Shown in pieces: positions 32,578 through 47,859 of a stretch of DNA of 64,000 nt. The position numbers and the translations under genes are program-made. The stretch comes from Eledone cirrhosa (Eukaryota), in assembly GCA_964016885.1 (NCBI GenBank), contig OZ024745.1, positions 40,052,001 to 40,116,000 of the forward strand. Reading direction: 5' to 3'. Position 1 is the stretch's first letter. Every line of letters starts with the position of its first letter. The notes under the pieces were generated by a model. That model was not told the DNA's origin. It did no database searches and was given only the letters and a program-made list of their open reading frames with translations.

Positions 32578-33710
32578 GTACACATATATATATGTACGTA
32601 TCAGTTTAGCGGACGTTTATTATAACGCCCGCTTTGTCCGTTTGTAAACAAGCGGACAGCCTGATTTATGCCGTACGGTGTTAAGGAAACCACGTCACCT
32701 TTTTGTTCAACACTGACACAGGAACGATGTACTAGTTTCAAGCTCCTTAGCTATCATCAGCACCGTATACCCTTCTGCCAGATAGTTGAACGTTCGAAAG
32801 TATATACTTTTCTTATGAAAATTAATGGCTGAGCAGCCTAATTTGCATATCGAGTGAGTTCAGTCGGCCAGGCGTACCGAAAACGATAAGTTGTAATATA
32901 ATGAAATGAAATGAAATTTCTCACTCTTAGTACGGCACTTACTTAAATGTAAGTATGTATGTATATCCTTCTGCCAGATAGTTGAACGTTCGAAAGTATA
33001 TACTTTCCTTATGAAAATTAACGGCTGAGCAGCCTAATTTGCAGAAGGGTATACGGTGCTGATGATAGCTAAGAAGCTTGAAACTAGTACATCGTTCCTG
33101 TGTCAGTGTTGAACAAAAAGGTGATGTGGTTGCCTTAACAACGTACGACATAAATCAGGCTGTCCGCTTGTTTACAAACGGACAAAGCGGGCGTTATAAT
33201 AAGCGTCGCTAAACTGATACGTACATATATATATGTGTACCTGTATGTATATATATATATATATAAATATATATATATATGCATGCTACTGTACGTCTGT
33301 ATACACATATGTATGTACGTATACATACATACTTACATTTAAGTAAGTGCCGTACTAAGAGTGAGAAATGAAATTTCGTTTCATTATATTACAACTTATC
33401 GTTTTCGGTACGCCTGGCCGACTTAACTCACTCGATATGCAAATTAGGCTGCTCAGCCGTTAATTTTCATAGGGGAAGTATATACTTTCGAACGTTCAAC
33501 TATCTGGCAGAAGGGTATACGGTGCTGATGATAGCTAAGAAGCTTGAAACTAGTACATCGTTCCTGTGTCAGTGTTGAACAAAAAGGTGACGTGGTTGCC
33601 TTAACACCGTACGGCATAAATCAGGCTGTCCGCTTGTTTACAAACGGACAAAGCGGGCGTTATAATAAACGTCCGCTAAACTGATACGTACATATATAAA
33701 TGTGTACCTG

Positions 33711-33746
<36 letters not shown>

Positions 33747-33796
33747 TGCTACTGTACGTCTGTATACATATATGTATGTACGTATACATACATACT

Positions 33797-33800
<4 letters not shown>
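32385..33800. mobile_element. Head-to-head array of family A HHR repeat (~466-bp unit)
   Basis: Minus-orientation units to ~33043, then plus units. HHR CGGUG CUGAUGA UAGCU-AAGA-AGCUU GAAAC UA GUA^CAUCG at 33054-33094(+) and 33520-33560(+), and at 32725-32765(-) with an extra loop change. Confidence 0.9.
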
Positions 33801-33884
<84 letters not shown>

Positions 33885-34789
33885 CTGAGAGAGGGAGCTA
33901 GAGAGAGAGAGAATATATAGAATATATAAAAAGTATGTTTCAGTTTATTATAATCACGCGCCCGGTATTTAATTATTCATATTATATTATTTTTATGTAT
34001 AAACAAATTGATATTATATATGCCTCTGGCATGACACTTTGTTTATACAACATTTATAAAGTTATCTAGGTATTTATTTTATTTTTGTTAACATTATTAT
34101 TTAATAAGTAGATTTTTCTAATAAAGTATGTTCCATATTGATATGTTTGCTTTTTTAAAATACTTTAACAAATATACTTAATCTACATTCAAATCTCCTT
34201 GAATCAACTTAATTATTGGCAATAGTGTTTAGGTCCGTAGACGGTCCAGGGATTATTGAAATTCTAGATATTATGCCTTTGGTGAAATGTTTGCCGGAAA
34301 TGACATAATAAGCACTAATATCCATTAGTTGCTATATTACCAATCCTTGTTGATTGAGATAAGTTATTTATGGAATGCTTTTATTAAGATAATAATGGTA
34401 ATATTTTGTACTGTAGCAGGATTCAATGTTGCCCGGGCATATGGCATTCCACTGATTGAAACAAGTAAAGGAATAAACGATTAGAAACTTTGAGATACCG
34501 ACTCTGATTTTCCAGCATTTAAACCAACATTCAATAGCATGTGGTCTATATAAAGTATTATGTTCTCTAGCAGGAATTGAATATTTCATTAAGTCTGTAT
34601 ATTATAAATGTTTTCGAACAGCAATTGATTCTGCTCAACATCGCCGCAAAAGGATATTGTACATCTCTAATGTTTTCTTTTTCTTCTCCAGTTAGTGGGG
34701 TTTAATCCAAAGGACTGTATTAAAATATTATATGAATTTTCAGAAAATATGTTAGGGTAATTCAGCACATATATTGAATTTATTTTATT

Positions 34790-34905
34790 TTGTACTTTGG
34801 CACAAGACCACCTGTGCATTACTGAGCTTTATTTTATCGACCCCGTAAGGATGAAAGGCAACGGTAACCTCGGCGGTATTTCAACTCAGACCGTAAATGG
34901 CCATA
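34790..34905 (-). mobile_element. SINE S2 fragment
   Basis: TTTATTTTATCGACCCCGTAAGGATGAAAGGCAA..CTCGGCGG..TCAACTCAGA. Confidence 0.7.
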
Positions 34906-35699
34906 ACTCTAAGTAATTCCCTAAAAATAAGTATAGCAATGGACAATAGATTACAAAATAACACAGAAAATACACAAATACACACAAGAATATATCTAGT
35001 CCTTAATGAGTCCAACTTAAGATGTTAAACAACAGAAGCCGTTGCTACAGTCAACGCATGGATTTACGAGAAGCATTGTTATGAGATTCAAATGACGAAA
35101 ATACTTAGAGAATATTACCAAGACAGAAAAGATAAAAAATAATTGATATCTAATGACATAAAAGCACAAGAACAATTATCTAGACATGGAAAGTAGAAAT
35201 GAATTAATGTAGAATAAGATCAGAATATTAAAATATTATATGATTAATGTTGATAACATAGCTAAATGCGAAATAAAATAAAATAAAATAAATTAAAACA
35301 ATAATGTAGTTCACATCCATACTATTTATATCGCTCTATCTAAGCCTGATAGAACGATTTTGAAAGTCATCAGAGTCTGCTGGAAGGAAGGAAGGAAATG
35401 TTCCACAATTCATATACAGTAACTTATTTCATGAAATATATTAAACTTTGTTCAATGCAACCATGCTGTGGGCCCGGATATGTCTATATGCAATCTAGGC
35501 CACGGTGAGGTTTGATGACAGAAAGCATTGACAAAAGGGCAGACAACACAGTTTTGTTTATTCGATGTTCTAAGGCTTCTATTACTCTACCGCTCTAGAA
35601 TAGTACTTTATTTTCCGGGATGGAGGGATTTTCAAAACTCTAAGCAGTTTACTGCTCTTACTATTGTCGCTCAGAAAGACTGGAAAGTTAAAGAAAATA

Positions 35700-35880
35700 A
35701 TTGTTTCTACTTTAGGCACAAGGCCAGTAATTACCCAGTGCATTACTGGTACTTTATTTTATCGACCCCGTAAGGATGAAAGGCAAAGTCAACCTCGGCG
35801 GGATTTGAACTCAGATCGTAAAGGGACGTAACTATGCTGGAAAGCATGGCGTCCGATCCTCTACCGATACTGCCAATCTA
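35700..35880 (-). mobile_element. SINE S2
   Basis: Reverse complement of the 18213-18405 / 60926-61112 family. Confidence 0.8.
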
Positions 35881-37643
35881 TAATACTGACTTTAATATAT
35901 TTTCTTTTTCATATTATTTGCGTAATCATGAGATGGGTTTCTCCATCTCAATGAATCTAATATATTTAATTGTAGTTGAACATTATTTATACTTAATTAT
36001 TACACCCTTCTCAGAGGTAACGTGGATCTATCTTCTTATAAGTCATGTTCCTTACTTACTGAATATTATCTCCTTCGTTCTACTAGAACTTTGTTTTTGA
36101 GACATACTGTCTTTATCTGCAAAGATGAGATTCAAACAAATAAATAATGTTCGTCTATATAGTATAGAGTTAGACATATTTAATCATTTTAAGTTGAAAT
36201 TATCTGTATGTTACAAAGACGAAAACACATGGGCACTATTGAATAAATCACACATGCATTTTTTAATGCACCCGACAGCCGCAAAATAGTCTGTATTAGA
36301 ATAGGCCAAGTCCAACAAATCGGGGGAACCTCTAAATTAGTCAAAACAAATTTAAAATCTTAGAATATTGTAGAGCAAAATATTTAATATCCTTTGGTCA
36401 TGTAACCAGTTTTGCCACCATGAAACTAACATAATACAGGTGTTGCTTTTAGAGAAAACGCAGAACATGATTCTAAATAGATGGTACATTCTAACTCTTT
36501 CTTATCATCTCAATACATTGAAGTTGCTTGATGTAAATATAATCGTGAATATTTATGTAAAATGAATATTATTCAGATTTCTATGTCTAGGAGAAATACT
36601 GCTAAATTCCAAGAAGGAAATGTATCGATATTTTAAAAGTCACCTACATTGCTATTATGTTGGAATTTATGATTCCACTAACAAGTTTCTTCTCCACTGA
36701 AAATTGTATTACGCTAAGGTGGCTAAATATTATCCTATTCCTGAATTACAAAAACCTTGCGAGAAGACAAATGCATGAAATCCAAGTTTCTCTGCTATCA
36801 CAGGTACCATTAGCTTTCAAAGTATGTTCATGATATTTGCTATATATTGATATATTTAATAAATCATTGATTCATATAACTTACACAAGACGTTCAATTT
36901 TATATTTCCCTTTAAGGAAATTACTTTTATTCCGAAAAGTTTGAGACCGTTACTAGTTTTATATGATTTCTGTCCAGAAAAGAGACGTGGATATACACGC
37001 ACTCTCTTGTCGCTCCTGCCACGAACGTTTCAAATTCGTTTTATACCTTCTCCACTTCTTTGAGTTTAACATTTTTACCTCAACTCCTTAGTATCATTAT
37101 GTATCCAATGTTTTGTTTTCAGTAGAACCTCATAAAATTCTACATATACAACAACTATAATGAATAATTAGTTTCATTTGCTTCTACTGTTCAGATTCCT
37201 TAAATATTGATTTTCTTTCACAAGTACTTTTTGAGGAGTCGTTTTTGAATTTGCATTATTGAATGAACGGATTAATATTAACAATGTCCATTATATTGTA
37301 ATGCTTGTGTACCATTCCAGAATAATAATTAGGGATTCATCTCATGCCATTTTGGTTTAATATGAGTATAATTTTCCGTATGTTTAATTAAAAATAATCA
37401 GCTCCTGATTATTACTGGAATTCTATAAGAATCCATCTTCTATAATTTTCGGCACAAGTGGGGAGTGCGTGAAAGAGATTGATAGCCTATCTTCCTTCTT
37501 TCGACGAAAAGAAGTAAGTGACAGTGTCACTACTTTAAAACCGATAGCGTATTGTCTTCAAATGTTTTAATTAAACATACGGTATATTGCCAAACATACT
37601 ATACATAGATTCATGTATACATCAGTATTCAAGAGCACCAATC

Positions 37644-37679
<36 letters not shown>

Positions 37680-37906
37680 CAACCATGTATATTTTAATAT
37701 ATTTTTATATTTGTATATCTGTTTGACCCGAATTAGGCGGTCGATTTTTCGGTGTGCGGATGATTAGTTTAACCACCATCTCAGTGTGTTTGGCCTTTAA
37801 CGTAAGTTGTCAGCTCTAATTCATATGAATTATCGAGCGCTTGCCACACAACTCGGAAATGTTTCTCGTTATTCCTGAGCTGAAATTCGATTCTCGCTAA
37901 TTTTTA

Positions 37907-37939
<33 letters not shown>

Positions 37940-37946
<7 letters not shown>

Positions 37947-38150
37947 GTGGGTTTTTTACAAAATGAAAAATAATCGAGGTGTCCTACACGAGTGAAAGTA
38001 TAAAGAAAAAAAGGTGAAATCGAAAATGCAACTGGAGTCTTATTTAAAAAAAATATATATATATTTAATTGGTTCCTTTACCGGTTTCGCAGTTGATCTG
38101 ATCTTCAAAAGTAGAGTTGAGGTGGAGGGTCTGTGGTTTTTCTCACATCT
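37940..38150 (-). repeat. (TA)n-embedded repeat with degenerate HHR; a second copy at 60003-60164 folds back
   Basis: 37940-38050 matches 60003-60115. Minus strand 38076-38111: CUU UUGAAGA UCAG-AUCAA-CUGC GAAAC CG GUA^AAG. Confidence 0.7.
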
Positions 38151-38170
38151 TTATATATATATATATATAC

Positions 38171-39230
<1,060 letters not shown>

Positions 39231-41988
39231 TGTACTGCCTGACATTACTGTTTGTCGTGAGGTACTTTAAGTTGTTTATTAACATGTTTTATATGTTAGT
39301 TTGTGTCTGCTACCTTAGTCTTAGGCGTCCTGTTATAACCACCATTGTATAATGGATAAGCTGTTGTAAAATTGGCCTCTCCCGCCAGGCGCAAGGACGA
39401 ATTGAAAGAGAAAATCATTGCTTTACAAATAATGATCAAAAGTAAATTGAGGACAATCCCACGAAATAGGCAAATTATTAATTTGCATCACTATATGAAC
39501 AAAGAGCCCCTTGTAATTTGATGTGAATCGTTGGGTATATTTATTATGTGCGTAAATTATGTTCTAATTAAGGTAAGATCTTCAAGAAAGCCAGTTACAA
39601 TATGGATAAATCTCATATTTACTAAACTGTTCGTCTTTAAAATGCTAAGGGATACTATTTCTCTTGATAAATTCTGGTGGGAGGGATTAATGTGATTTGG
39701 ACATGTCCATATAACAAGGTCGTATAAGCAATTATAAATAGAAACATATATGGTTTGCATAGTATAAAACATAATTTTGTAAATCTTAAACCATCTTTTA
39801 AAATATTTCTAAACATTTCCTAAAAATCAAAACTCGAATACCCAAATATACGATGGACCACGTGATGTGCTATATATACTACGTGTGCGTGGTTGGGGAT
39901 CTGCTATGTGTTGGTTTTGCCCGAGTATAGGCGAAAGAATGTAGGTCCACCAAAAAGGTGTCCAGCATAACATGAAATATGCGGGAGAGGTCTAGACCAT
40001 ACGTCATGAAACTACGATATGCTCCCTCTGATCCATTGTAAAATGTATTATTTTGACTAATCAAACATATAACTTCTCTCTAAGACTGAAAGTTTTAGAT
40101 ATTATTTGCATCTGAGAAGCTATCTTCAGTCCAACACATATAATTGTTTATTGCACATCTATAGATGTTTTAGTACTAATTCCATCTGCATCTATGTATT
40201 TCCTTCGAAGAACATCAAACATGACACTGTCCTTAGAATATACCATTTCTGTTCTAGTGTGTGCAGTATTCAGAACTTGTCAGTGTTTCGTAATTACAGC
40301 ACGAGAAGTGTCATCAATTATTCAATGTATTGTGTGTGGTTTATACAACTATGGCTACAAATAATGTGTAGTAGATGAATCTAAAAGAAAACATTTAAAA
40401 ATATTTATCCAAGGCAATATATACAATAACAGAGCTCTTAAGATCCCACCTAATCCCTAAAATATTGGTGCACTAAATGAAAAATGACCGTTTTTCTTTC
40501 GTCTGCCCATTTTTATGTTCGGAACATACATGTTGTCCTTATTAGTTTTACAATGGTGTATAGAGAAAATATTATTTGTCTCTTTACAGATTAAGGCACT
40601 GCGTTTTTATTGAAGTCCCATATGAAGATTATATGGGCAATAAAGAATTGTTGTTTCCTTCGAAGGTGTAAATTTCAAGACAAACATGCACCATGGTTCT
40701 AGAATAACTGCAATTGACATAAGTTGAGATACCAGTATCTATCAAACGCGTTCTCATCAGTGATGGTGTAAATTTGATATTACAAAAATGTCATGATCAA
40801 TGGTCATGAAGATAGGAAGAAGCAGTATCTGAATGAACATAGCTCCACATATGTAAATTAAGTAAAATGCTTACATGAGAACAACTTGCACATTCTAACA
40901 GTGTTTAGGCATAACCACATTTATCAATGGATTTCGAGAAAAAATATCCGGAAAAAAATAATTGCTTTAAGGTATGGCAAAAATACATACACTCACAGAA
41001 TTCAGGAATGTGATTAATAATGTAAAAAGGCAAATTTAATTCAATGTGATTTTAATAACAAGGACATACCTTTTCGGATATCTCGATCATCAAACTGACA
41101 GGAGAAAAATACGGACGTTTTCTATAGAATCATGGCTTCCAAACAGATTGATCAATTCATATTGAGACAACTGATACATATTAAAGGGAACATGATTTTA
41201 CCCTAGCAAAATGGAGAATAGTATCGGACACAATTACATATAGTTAATGTCTAGATGAACTGCAAATTATATTAGACAAAGAGACGTCCATTTGGTCAAA
41301 TCACAGTGCAATATAATGGGTGAAACAGATATTCAGACCTTTGAAATACACACAAAAGAATTTAACCAGAAAAAGGTTTTACCATATTTTAAATCGAAAC
41401 AGATTTTCCCGCTTAAATAAATCTAATTGTCTATCTAAAACCATACTTGTGGACCCTACTACCAAACTCGCCATCCGAACGAAAGAAAGTTTACGTAACA
41501 AACTTTGATAGAAATTAGCCATACGTTTAGCAGCTCACAAAATCTTAGAATATACTTTTTTTTAAATGCATTTCTTTTTTATTATTCGATTACGAGGGTC
41601 ATACCCAATCGAAACTGGTAATATCTGGTAAATCTTAAAATTCGTTAATCTAACATATATGGTAATATTTGTTTTGTTTAAATTAAAGAAATAGGGATTC
41701 ATTATATAGACTTCAGTTGTTTTCTCCGTTTAAATTTACCTACATATGTATGAGGGTTGCCTGAATGGTAAGGTCTGACTGCAAAGTGACCTGATAATAG
41801 CGCCCTGAAACCTTCATGCATTACTTTCAACTTTTATAAATAACTGCATTGTTTCTTTATAGGGCCAATGTTGAAATATAAATTTAAAATGGTCATACCA
41901 TGAGAGTATCTTGCTCACAGTAAGAACGATTCAGCCACAGCTCTTACACACACACACACATATATATATATAAATATATATATATATA

Positions 41989-42554
41989 ATAAAACATGTC
42001 TATAGAATCACCAGCCGTAAGCAACTACCACACCCGTTCCAAACTGACCGCTGTAACGTCACGATTCTTAGCCATTTTGAATGAATTCTTGGCGCTATCA
42101 CTTTGGAAAATTTAGTGTCTGGAAAGTAGCAAATCTCCTGAAGAGTCCGATGCTCGAATTACAATGTTATTGGAATCTCAAAATGCGGACGAAACCATGG
42201 TAGAGGTATTTAAATGTATTCTATTTTCTCCTAGCTTATTTTACACCTAATTATGTTTAATTGACTGTATCTGGGCGATTACGCTGTCGAAATATTCGAT
42301 AAATATTCCGTTGCGGCCGATGCGAATGGCTAGTTTCGGTTATTTGTTGGAGATTTCTTCATAGAAGCCTTATTATTATAGCCTGGTCTATTCGATTTTT
42401 TATATAGTTAATTATGCTAATTGGGAGAGGAAATGGTATATATTTTATCTGGTGATTCTATAGACATGTTTTATGATATATAGCTCTGATTATTTAATTT
42501 ATTAACTTTTCATTGAGCCACAATGTGACCCGTTGCAAAACACGTATATGTATG

Positions 42555-42613
<59 letters not shown>

Positions 42614-43240
42614 CTTTATATGTAATAATCTCCCATTAGGTTGAGATACAAGTTTGGCTGTATTGCGCTGTGCTTTCTAGCAAAAAGCCACCAGCCGTAA
42701 GCAACTACCGTACCCCTTCCAACCTGACCGCTGCTACGTCACGATTCTTAGCCATTTTGAATGAATTCTTGGCGCGATCACTTTGGAAAATTTAGTGTCT
42801 GGAACAGAGCAAATCTCCTGTAGAGTCCGATGCTCGAGTTACAATGTTATTGGAAATCTCAAAATGCGAACGAAACCATGGTAGAGGTATTTAAATGTAT
42901 TCTATTTTCTCCTAGCTTATTTTACACCTAATTCTGTTTAATTGACTGTATCTGGGCGATTACGCTGTCGAAATATTCGATAAATATTCCGTTGCGGCCG
43001 ACGCGAATGGCTAGTTTCGGTTATTTGTTGGAGATTTCTTCATACAAGCCTTATTCTTATAGCTTGGTCTATTCGATTTTTTATATAGTTAATTATGCTA
43101 ATTGGGAGAGGAAATGGTATATATTTTTTCTGGTGATTCTATAGACATGTTTTATGATATATAGCTCTGATTATTTAATTTATTAACTTTTCATTTAGCC
43201 ACAATGTGACCCGTTGCAAAACACGTATATGTATGTATGT
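41989..43240 (+). mobile_element. Tandem 680-bp-period HHR-bearing repeat (family C) with short 5' inversion
   Basis: 42009-42555 is repeated at 42689-43235. 41991-42014 is the reverse complement of 42449-42472. Confidence 0.85.
42134..42206 (+). ncRNA. Type-I hammerhead ribozyme (family C)
   Basis: UCUC CUGAAGA GUCCG..CGGAC GAAAC CAUG GUA^GAGG, a fully canonical core. The copy at 42814-42887 has CUGUAGA and a stem II mismatch. Confidence 0.85.
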
Positions 43241-43777
43241 ATGTATATATATATATGTAAACTTTTATATGTATATATATATATAAATATATTTATATAT
43301 ACATACATATATACATGATGGCTGCAAACTCTGCTAACATTATTGCAATTGCTTGTCAGATCACAGAATATAGTACACTTTTAGGCTACGGCCACGCAGA
43401 CAAACCTGTAACATATCCTGAACCAGCAATGCCTGTGCAGTAAATTTTTTATAAGTAGGGAAGTTTTTTTCAGATATTCCCTCTCTTAGAAAGGTGATAT
43501 GACAACAACTGGGGGCCATTCACTCCGAGTTGAAAAAAAAAACGTACTATTTGTATGACCGTTGGCACTGCTGAGTTCCTCCGCCCTTGCCGAGTTTTGT
43601 ATTACATCCCACAGTGTGTTAAAATATCACCCTCTTCAACAAGCAATCTTGGTTGGGTTACCGACTTAGTTGTCGACAGGTTGTATTGGGTTACATGCTA
43701 CCAGTAGCACTTGAGAGCGACCTGATATAACAATCATACATACATACATATATGGATACTTACACATCAGTACACAC

Positions 43778-44843
43778 TCAGACTCAGAAGCTCCCGCGTC
43801 TTGCGACGCATGAGGCAATCATAGTGTTCCACCGCGTTCGGTCAGCAGCCAGTTGCACAGCGTCCCGCCATTGTCTGTCTGTCGTTCGCAGGTCCCTCTC
43901 AACTGACTGTTGCCAGTTCATTTTGGGTCGCCCTCTCCGTGTGCTTCCTTGTGGGTTCCATTTAAGTACTTGGTTCGCCAAACTCTCCGGAGAAGTCTCA
44001 AAGCGTGCCCAAACCAGCCCAGGCGTCGCTTGCAGATGGCAGAAGAGACTAGCTGCTGGTTGGTGCGGTTCCTGACTTCCTTGTTTGTTTCATGGTCACT
44101 CCATTTAATCCCCAGGATCTTTCGCAGACACCTGGAATCGAATGCGTCCAACTTCTTCTCTTGGCTGGTCTTAAGGTGCCATGTTTCACTTCCGTACAAG
44201 AGTATGGACAGCACGTTGCTGTTGTAGAATCTCATCTTTGTTTTGAGGGTGAACTTCCTGCTCTTCCAGATCTTGACAAGCTGGTTAAATGCTGCTGAAG
44301 CCTTTCCCATTCTACATTGCAATTCACTGTCCATGGCGCCCCCATTGTCAATGGAGAATCCTAGGTAGGTGAAGTTGTCCACTATCTCCACCTCCCCCTG
44401 TTCAATGAAAACACTAGTTGGTGATGGGTGTGTCCTAGATAACATGCTTTTGGTCTTCGTAGCACTGATATTGAGACCTAGGCTTCCTGCTTCGACATTG
44501 ATATTGTTCATAATGATTTGCAGGTCAGCTGTGCTCTCTGCAAGTGCAACAATATCGTCCGCAAAGTCCTGGTCAGACAACTTTTGCTCTCCCACCCAAG
44601 ATATACCCTGGTCATTAAACGCTCTTCTTAGTACCCAGTCAATGGCTATGGCAAAGAGAATTGGAGAGAGCGAGCAACCCTGACGCACACCAGTAACCAC
44701 CTCAAACCAGTCACTGTAACCATCCTCTGTCCGTATGCAGCACTTGGAGTTTGCATAAATCTGTTTGATTGCCGATATGACTTTCTGGGGCAGACCATAC
44801 TCATGCATGATGCTCCAGAGTGACGGCCGATGAATGCTATCGT
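43778..44843 (-). mobile_element. 5'-truncated copy of the same RTE LINE
   Basis: Peptide near-identical to 21955-23009 (GVRQGCSLSP, FADD, WFGH). Ends GAGCTTCTGAGTCTGAG. Confidence 0.95.
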
Positions 44844-44855
44844 ACACACACAAAC

Positions 44856-44899
<44 letters not shown>

Positions 44900-45092
44900 G
44901 GTTATGCACGAGTGCATTAATGTTTTCCAGGACACGGTGTTATGTACCGTGTAGGGGAATGTCAGCTTACAACAGAGTGGTGCTCAACGAAATGCAGAAA
45001 ATAGGTGTATATTCCAGTTTAGCTATATTCCGGGGCGTGTATAAAGAATTAAAAAGAACAGAAAGATGCAGTAAAAGAGATTTATTCGGTTC

Positions 45093-45146
45093 TAACGTAC
45101 GTTTCAATAGACATCCATCCATGGATGTCTATTGAAACGTACGTTA
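45093..45146. repeat. Short fold-back containing the 3' half of an HHR on each arm
   Basis: TAACGTACGTTTCAATAGACATCC..GGATGTCTATTGAAACGTACGTTA. GAAAC GUAC GUU points outward on both arms. Confidence 0.6.
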
Positions 45147-45329
45147 TTCTTTATATATATATATATATATATTTACATATATATATATATATATATAAAG
45201 GTAGAACGCTGGAAGGTAATATCCGTAGTGGTAGAATACTCAATCCATGGGACGAGTTTGGTAGAAGTAGTAACACAACAGTTAGTTTACCATACTGAAA
45301 ACAATCGTTTCCAGTATGGTGAAATAACG

Positions 45330-45407
<78 letters not shown>

Positions 45408-47700
45408 AATATATATATATATATATATACTTGGGGAGGGTCATATATATATATATATATATATATATAATGATGTTATATCCAGGATTGAATACAAATG
45501 AATACCAATTTACTAATCCGAGTATGATTATATTTGATAGATTACAACTCAGGTTGTTCTTTAAGACGACAATTGTATTAGTGTTTTAGAAATTCCATGA
45601 TTAATTGTTGGCAGATTGCGAATCCATCTTTCATCACATACGAAAACTTTGTCGGCGCTTCTTCGAAGTTGTTCGACGTGCTACAAATAAATGACAATTA
45701 TTTTTCCTTCCACATCCTACTGTTGTGTATGGATGATCTTTACATGATATATTACGAAGACTAGGAAACTTTGTTCCAAATTACATGAACGGAACAAAAT
45801 GATAGGAGACTTGGAAGTACTCAACAACTTTAATATCAATTGAGCATGATGTTTATCAGCTTCTTCATGATATATCATTAACCGGTTTCTATCAACAATT
45901 CGAAATGAATTCATACAATCATTTGAAACCATATGAACTTTTCTTTCTTATTCTCAGACACTAGACTTTGCGTATTTTCTGTGATTCTCATTTCATTTAT
46001 TCTTATAAATCTTAAGATCTTTCTAAGAAACATATAAGTTTCTTTGCATCACCTGTGCTCTCTTGAAAGCTTATATTATTAATATTTAATTAGAGGTTTA
46101 TAGACGTATGTATATTCATACAAAAATATCAAGAAGTTAAATAATACTTTCTTCCATAAGGCTAATCTTTATAGAAATATTATCTTAAGTTTCAAAACTT
46201 TTTTTTGTCCCAAAGCAGTAAGGGGGATCTCTGTTTTTTCTCCTATTGTGTTTGATTTAACTTAAATATTTAACATGCTGTTGCATGATCCATTGATTTT
46301 TTAGTTTAATTCTAGGTGTTCATGACCACCAGCTATATAATAAGACAAAACCAACCGCTGCTAAATATATTTTGGTCTTAATACGCTCCTTTGATAATGA
46401 TTTCCACATATTTGATTATTTATAACACGCTTGTTATGTTATTGCCTTTCTTATGTTGTTATTTTCTCTGTTCTGACTCCCCAATGTCTAAGTTATATGA
46501 AATCTTGTATACATTTGGTTGCTGACCATATATATAGTTTATGATTGCTTGTCTCCATAACGTATATATCTGTCCACACAATGGACCTAATATTGATGAG
46601 GGACTAATAATCTCAGTTTATTTCTTTAATCTTTTCTAGTATTCCTTCTTTTTTAACATACATGTGCTGAGGGTAAGCCAATTTCATCAGCCTACATACT
46701 TAAGAAATAGGATCAATACATAATCTTACATCAGACAGCACACTTGTGAATTATCCGTCGGAGACAAACCGTCATCTTTATTGACATGATTCAATTAGAC
46801 ATCGGATTGAAGATGGTATTGGAAATACAAAGATTGTTTTTTTTGCAATATGGAAGTCGGATATGAGTGCTTCTTTGGCTCGATCGTAATGTCAGGAGAT
46901 TATTGCCTTATATACAATGCTCACGTGTACTATTGATGGTAACAAGCATTGAGTTAACACTTTTCTTTGAAAGACGAGGGCAATTATTTTTGTTTCAGTA
47001 ATGTATCGTTTTGAAATATGTCAATAAAGCCAATCGTTTGTCTCCCATGCTTATTTGTACCTTATCAAATATTTCCATTCGAATATTATTTGTTGTTCTC
47101 AATACTCCTTCTGTATCGAGCAAATTAACTGGCGTGCATATTTATAATTATTTGTTTCTCAAATATTCTCTTCTATTTTATGTACTGCAGTTAGTCATAT
47201 ACATGATTTTCTTTTAAACTTGTCCAACTCCACTGTTTTACTTGTCCTCTTTATTTGGTGTAGATGTCTTTGCAATTCCTTAGTTGTAATGTTTGTGTTT
47301 GCTATATCATCAGGAAGCCTGTGAAGTTTGTACGAATTCAGAAATATGCAATATGCCATGAAATCAAGAATGTTACATATAACGATGACATTTAGAATTA
47401 GGTTTGAGTTAATAAAATGTGAAAGAGGAATAATTATATACTTCGTGGAATACCAACAGCTAAGAGGCAGCGGAAATAAGATTTATCTAAGAAAGGTGGC
47501 ATTGGATCGAAGAAAAGAATTACATATTGCGTTCTCAAAGATGTCCGAAGGAATGGTACTAGTGGGAACGCTGAAAGAGTGACATCGAAATGTGCATGAA
47601 AGCGTTCAAGGGATGAATGATATGTGCATGAACAGTTTGGATGAAAAACAGAAAAGGCATGAAGATGAATAATTCTGGTAGATGGCTGCTATCAATTAAT

Positions 47701-47859
47701 GAAGAAGAAGAAGAAGAAGAAGAAGAAGAAGAAGAAGAAGAAGAAGAAGAAGAAGAAGAAGAAGAAGAAGAAGAAGAAGAAGAAGAAGAAGAAGAAGAAG
47801 AAGAAGAAGAAGAAGAAGAAGAAGAAGAAGAAGAAGAAGAAGAAGAAGAAGAAGAAGAA
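47701..47859. repeat. (GAA)n microsatellite, ~53 units
   Basis: Direct reading. Confidence 0.98.

Noticed and set aside
33900-37600. Host exons in unique AT-rich sequence (also 39300-41900, 46000-51500, 62800-64000)
   Set aside because: No sustained ORF or recognisable protein motif. Small exons cannot be excluded without transcript data.
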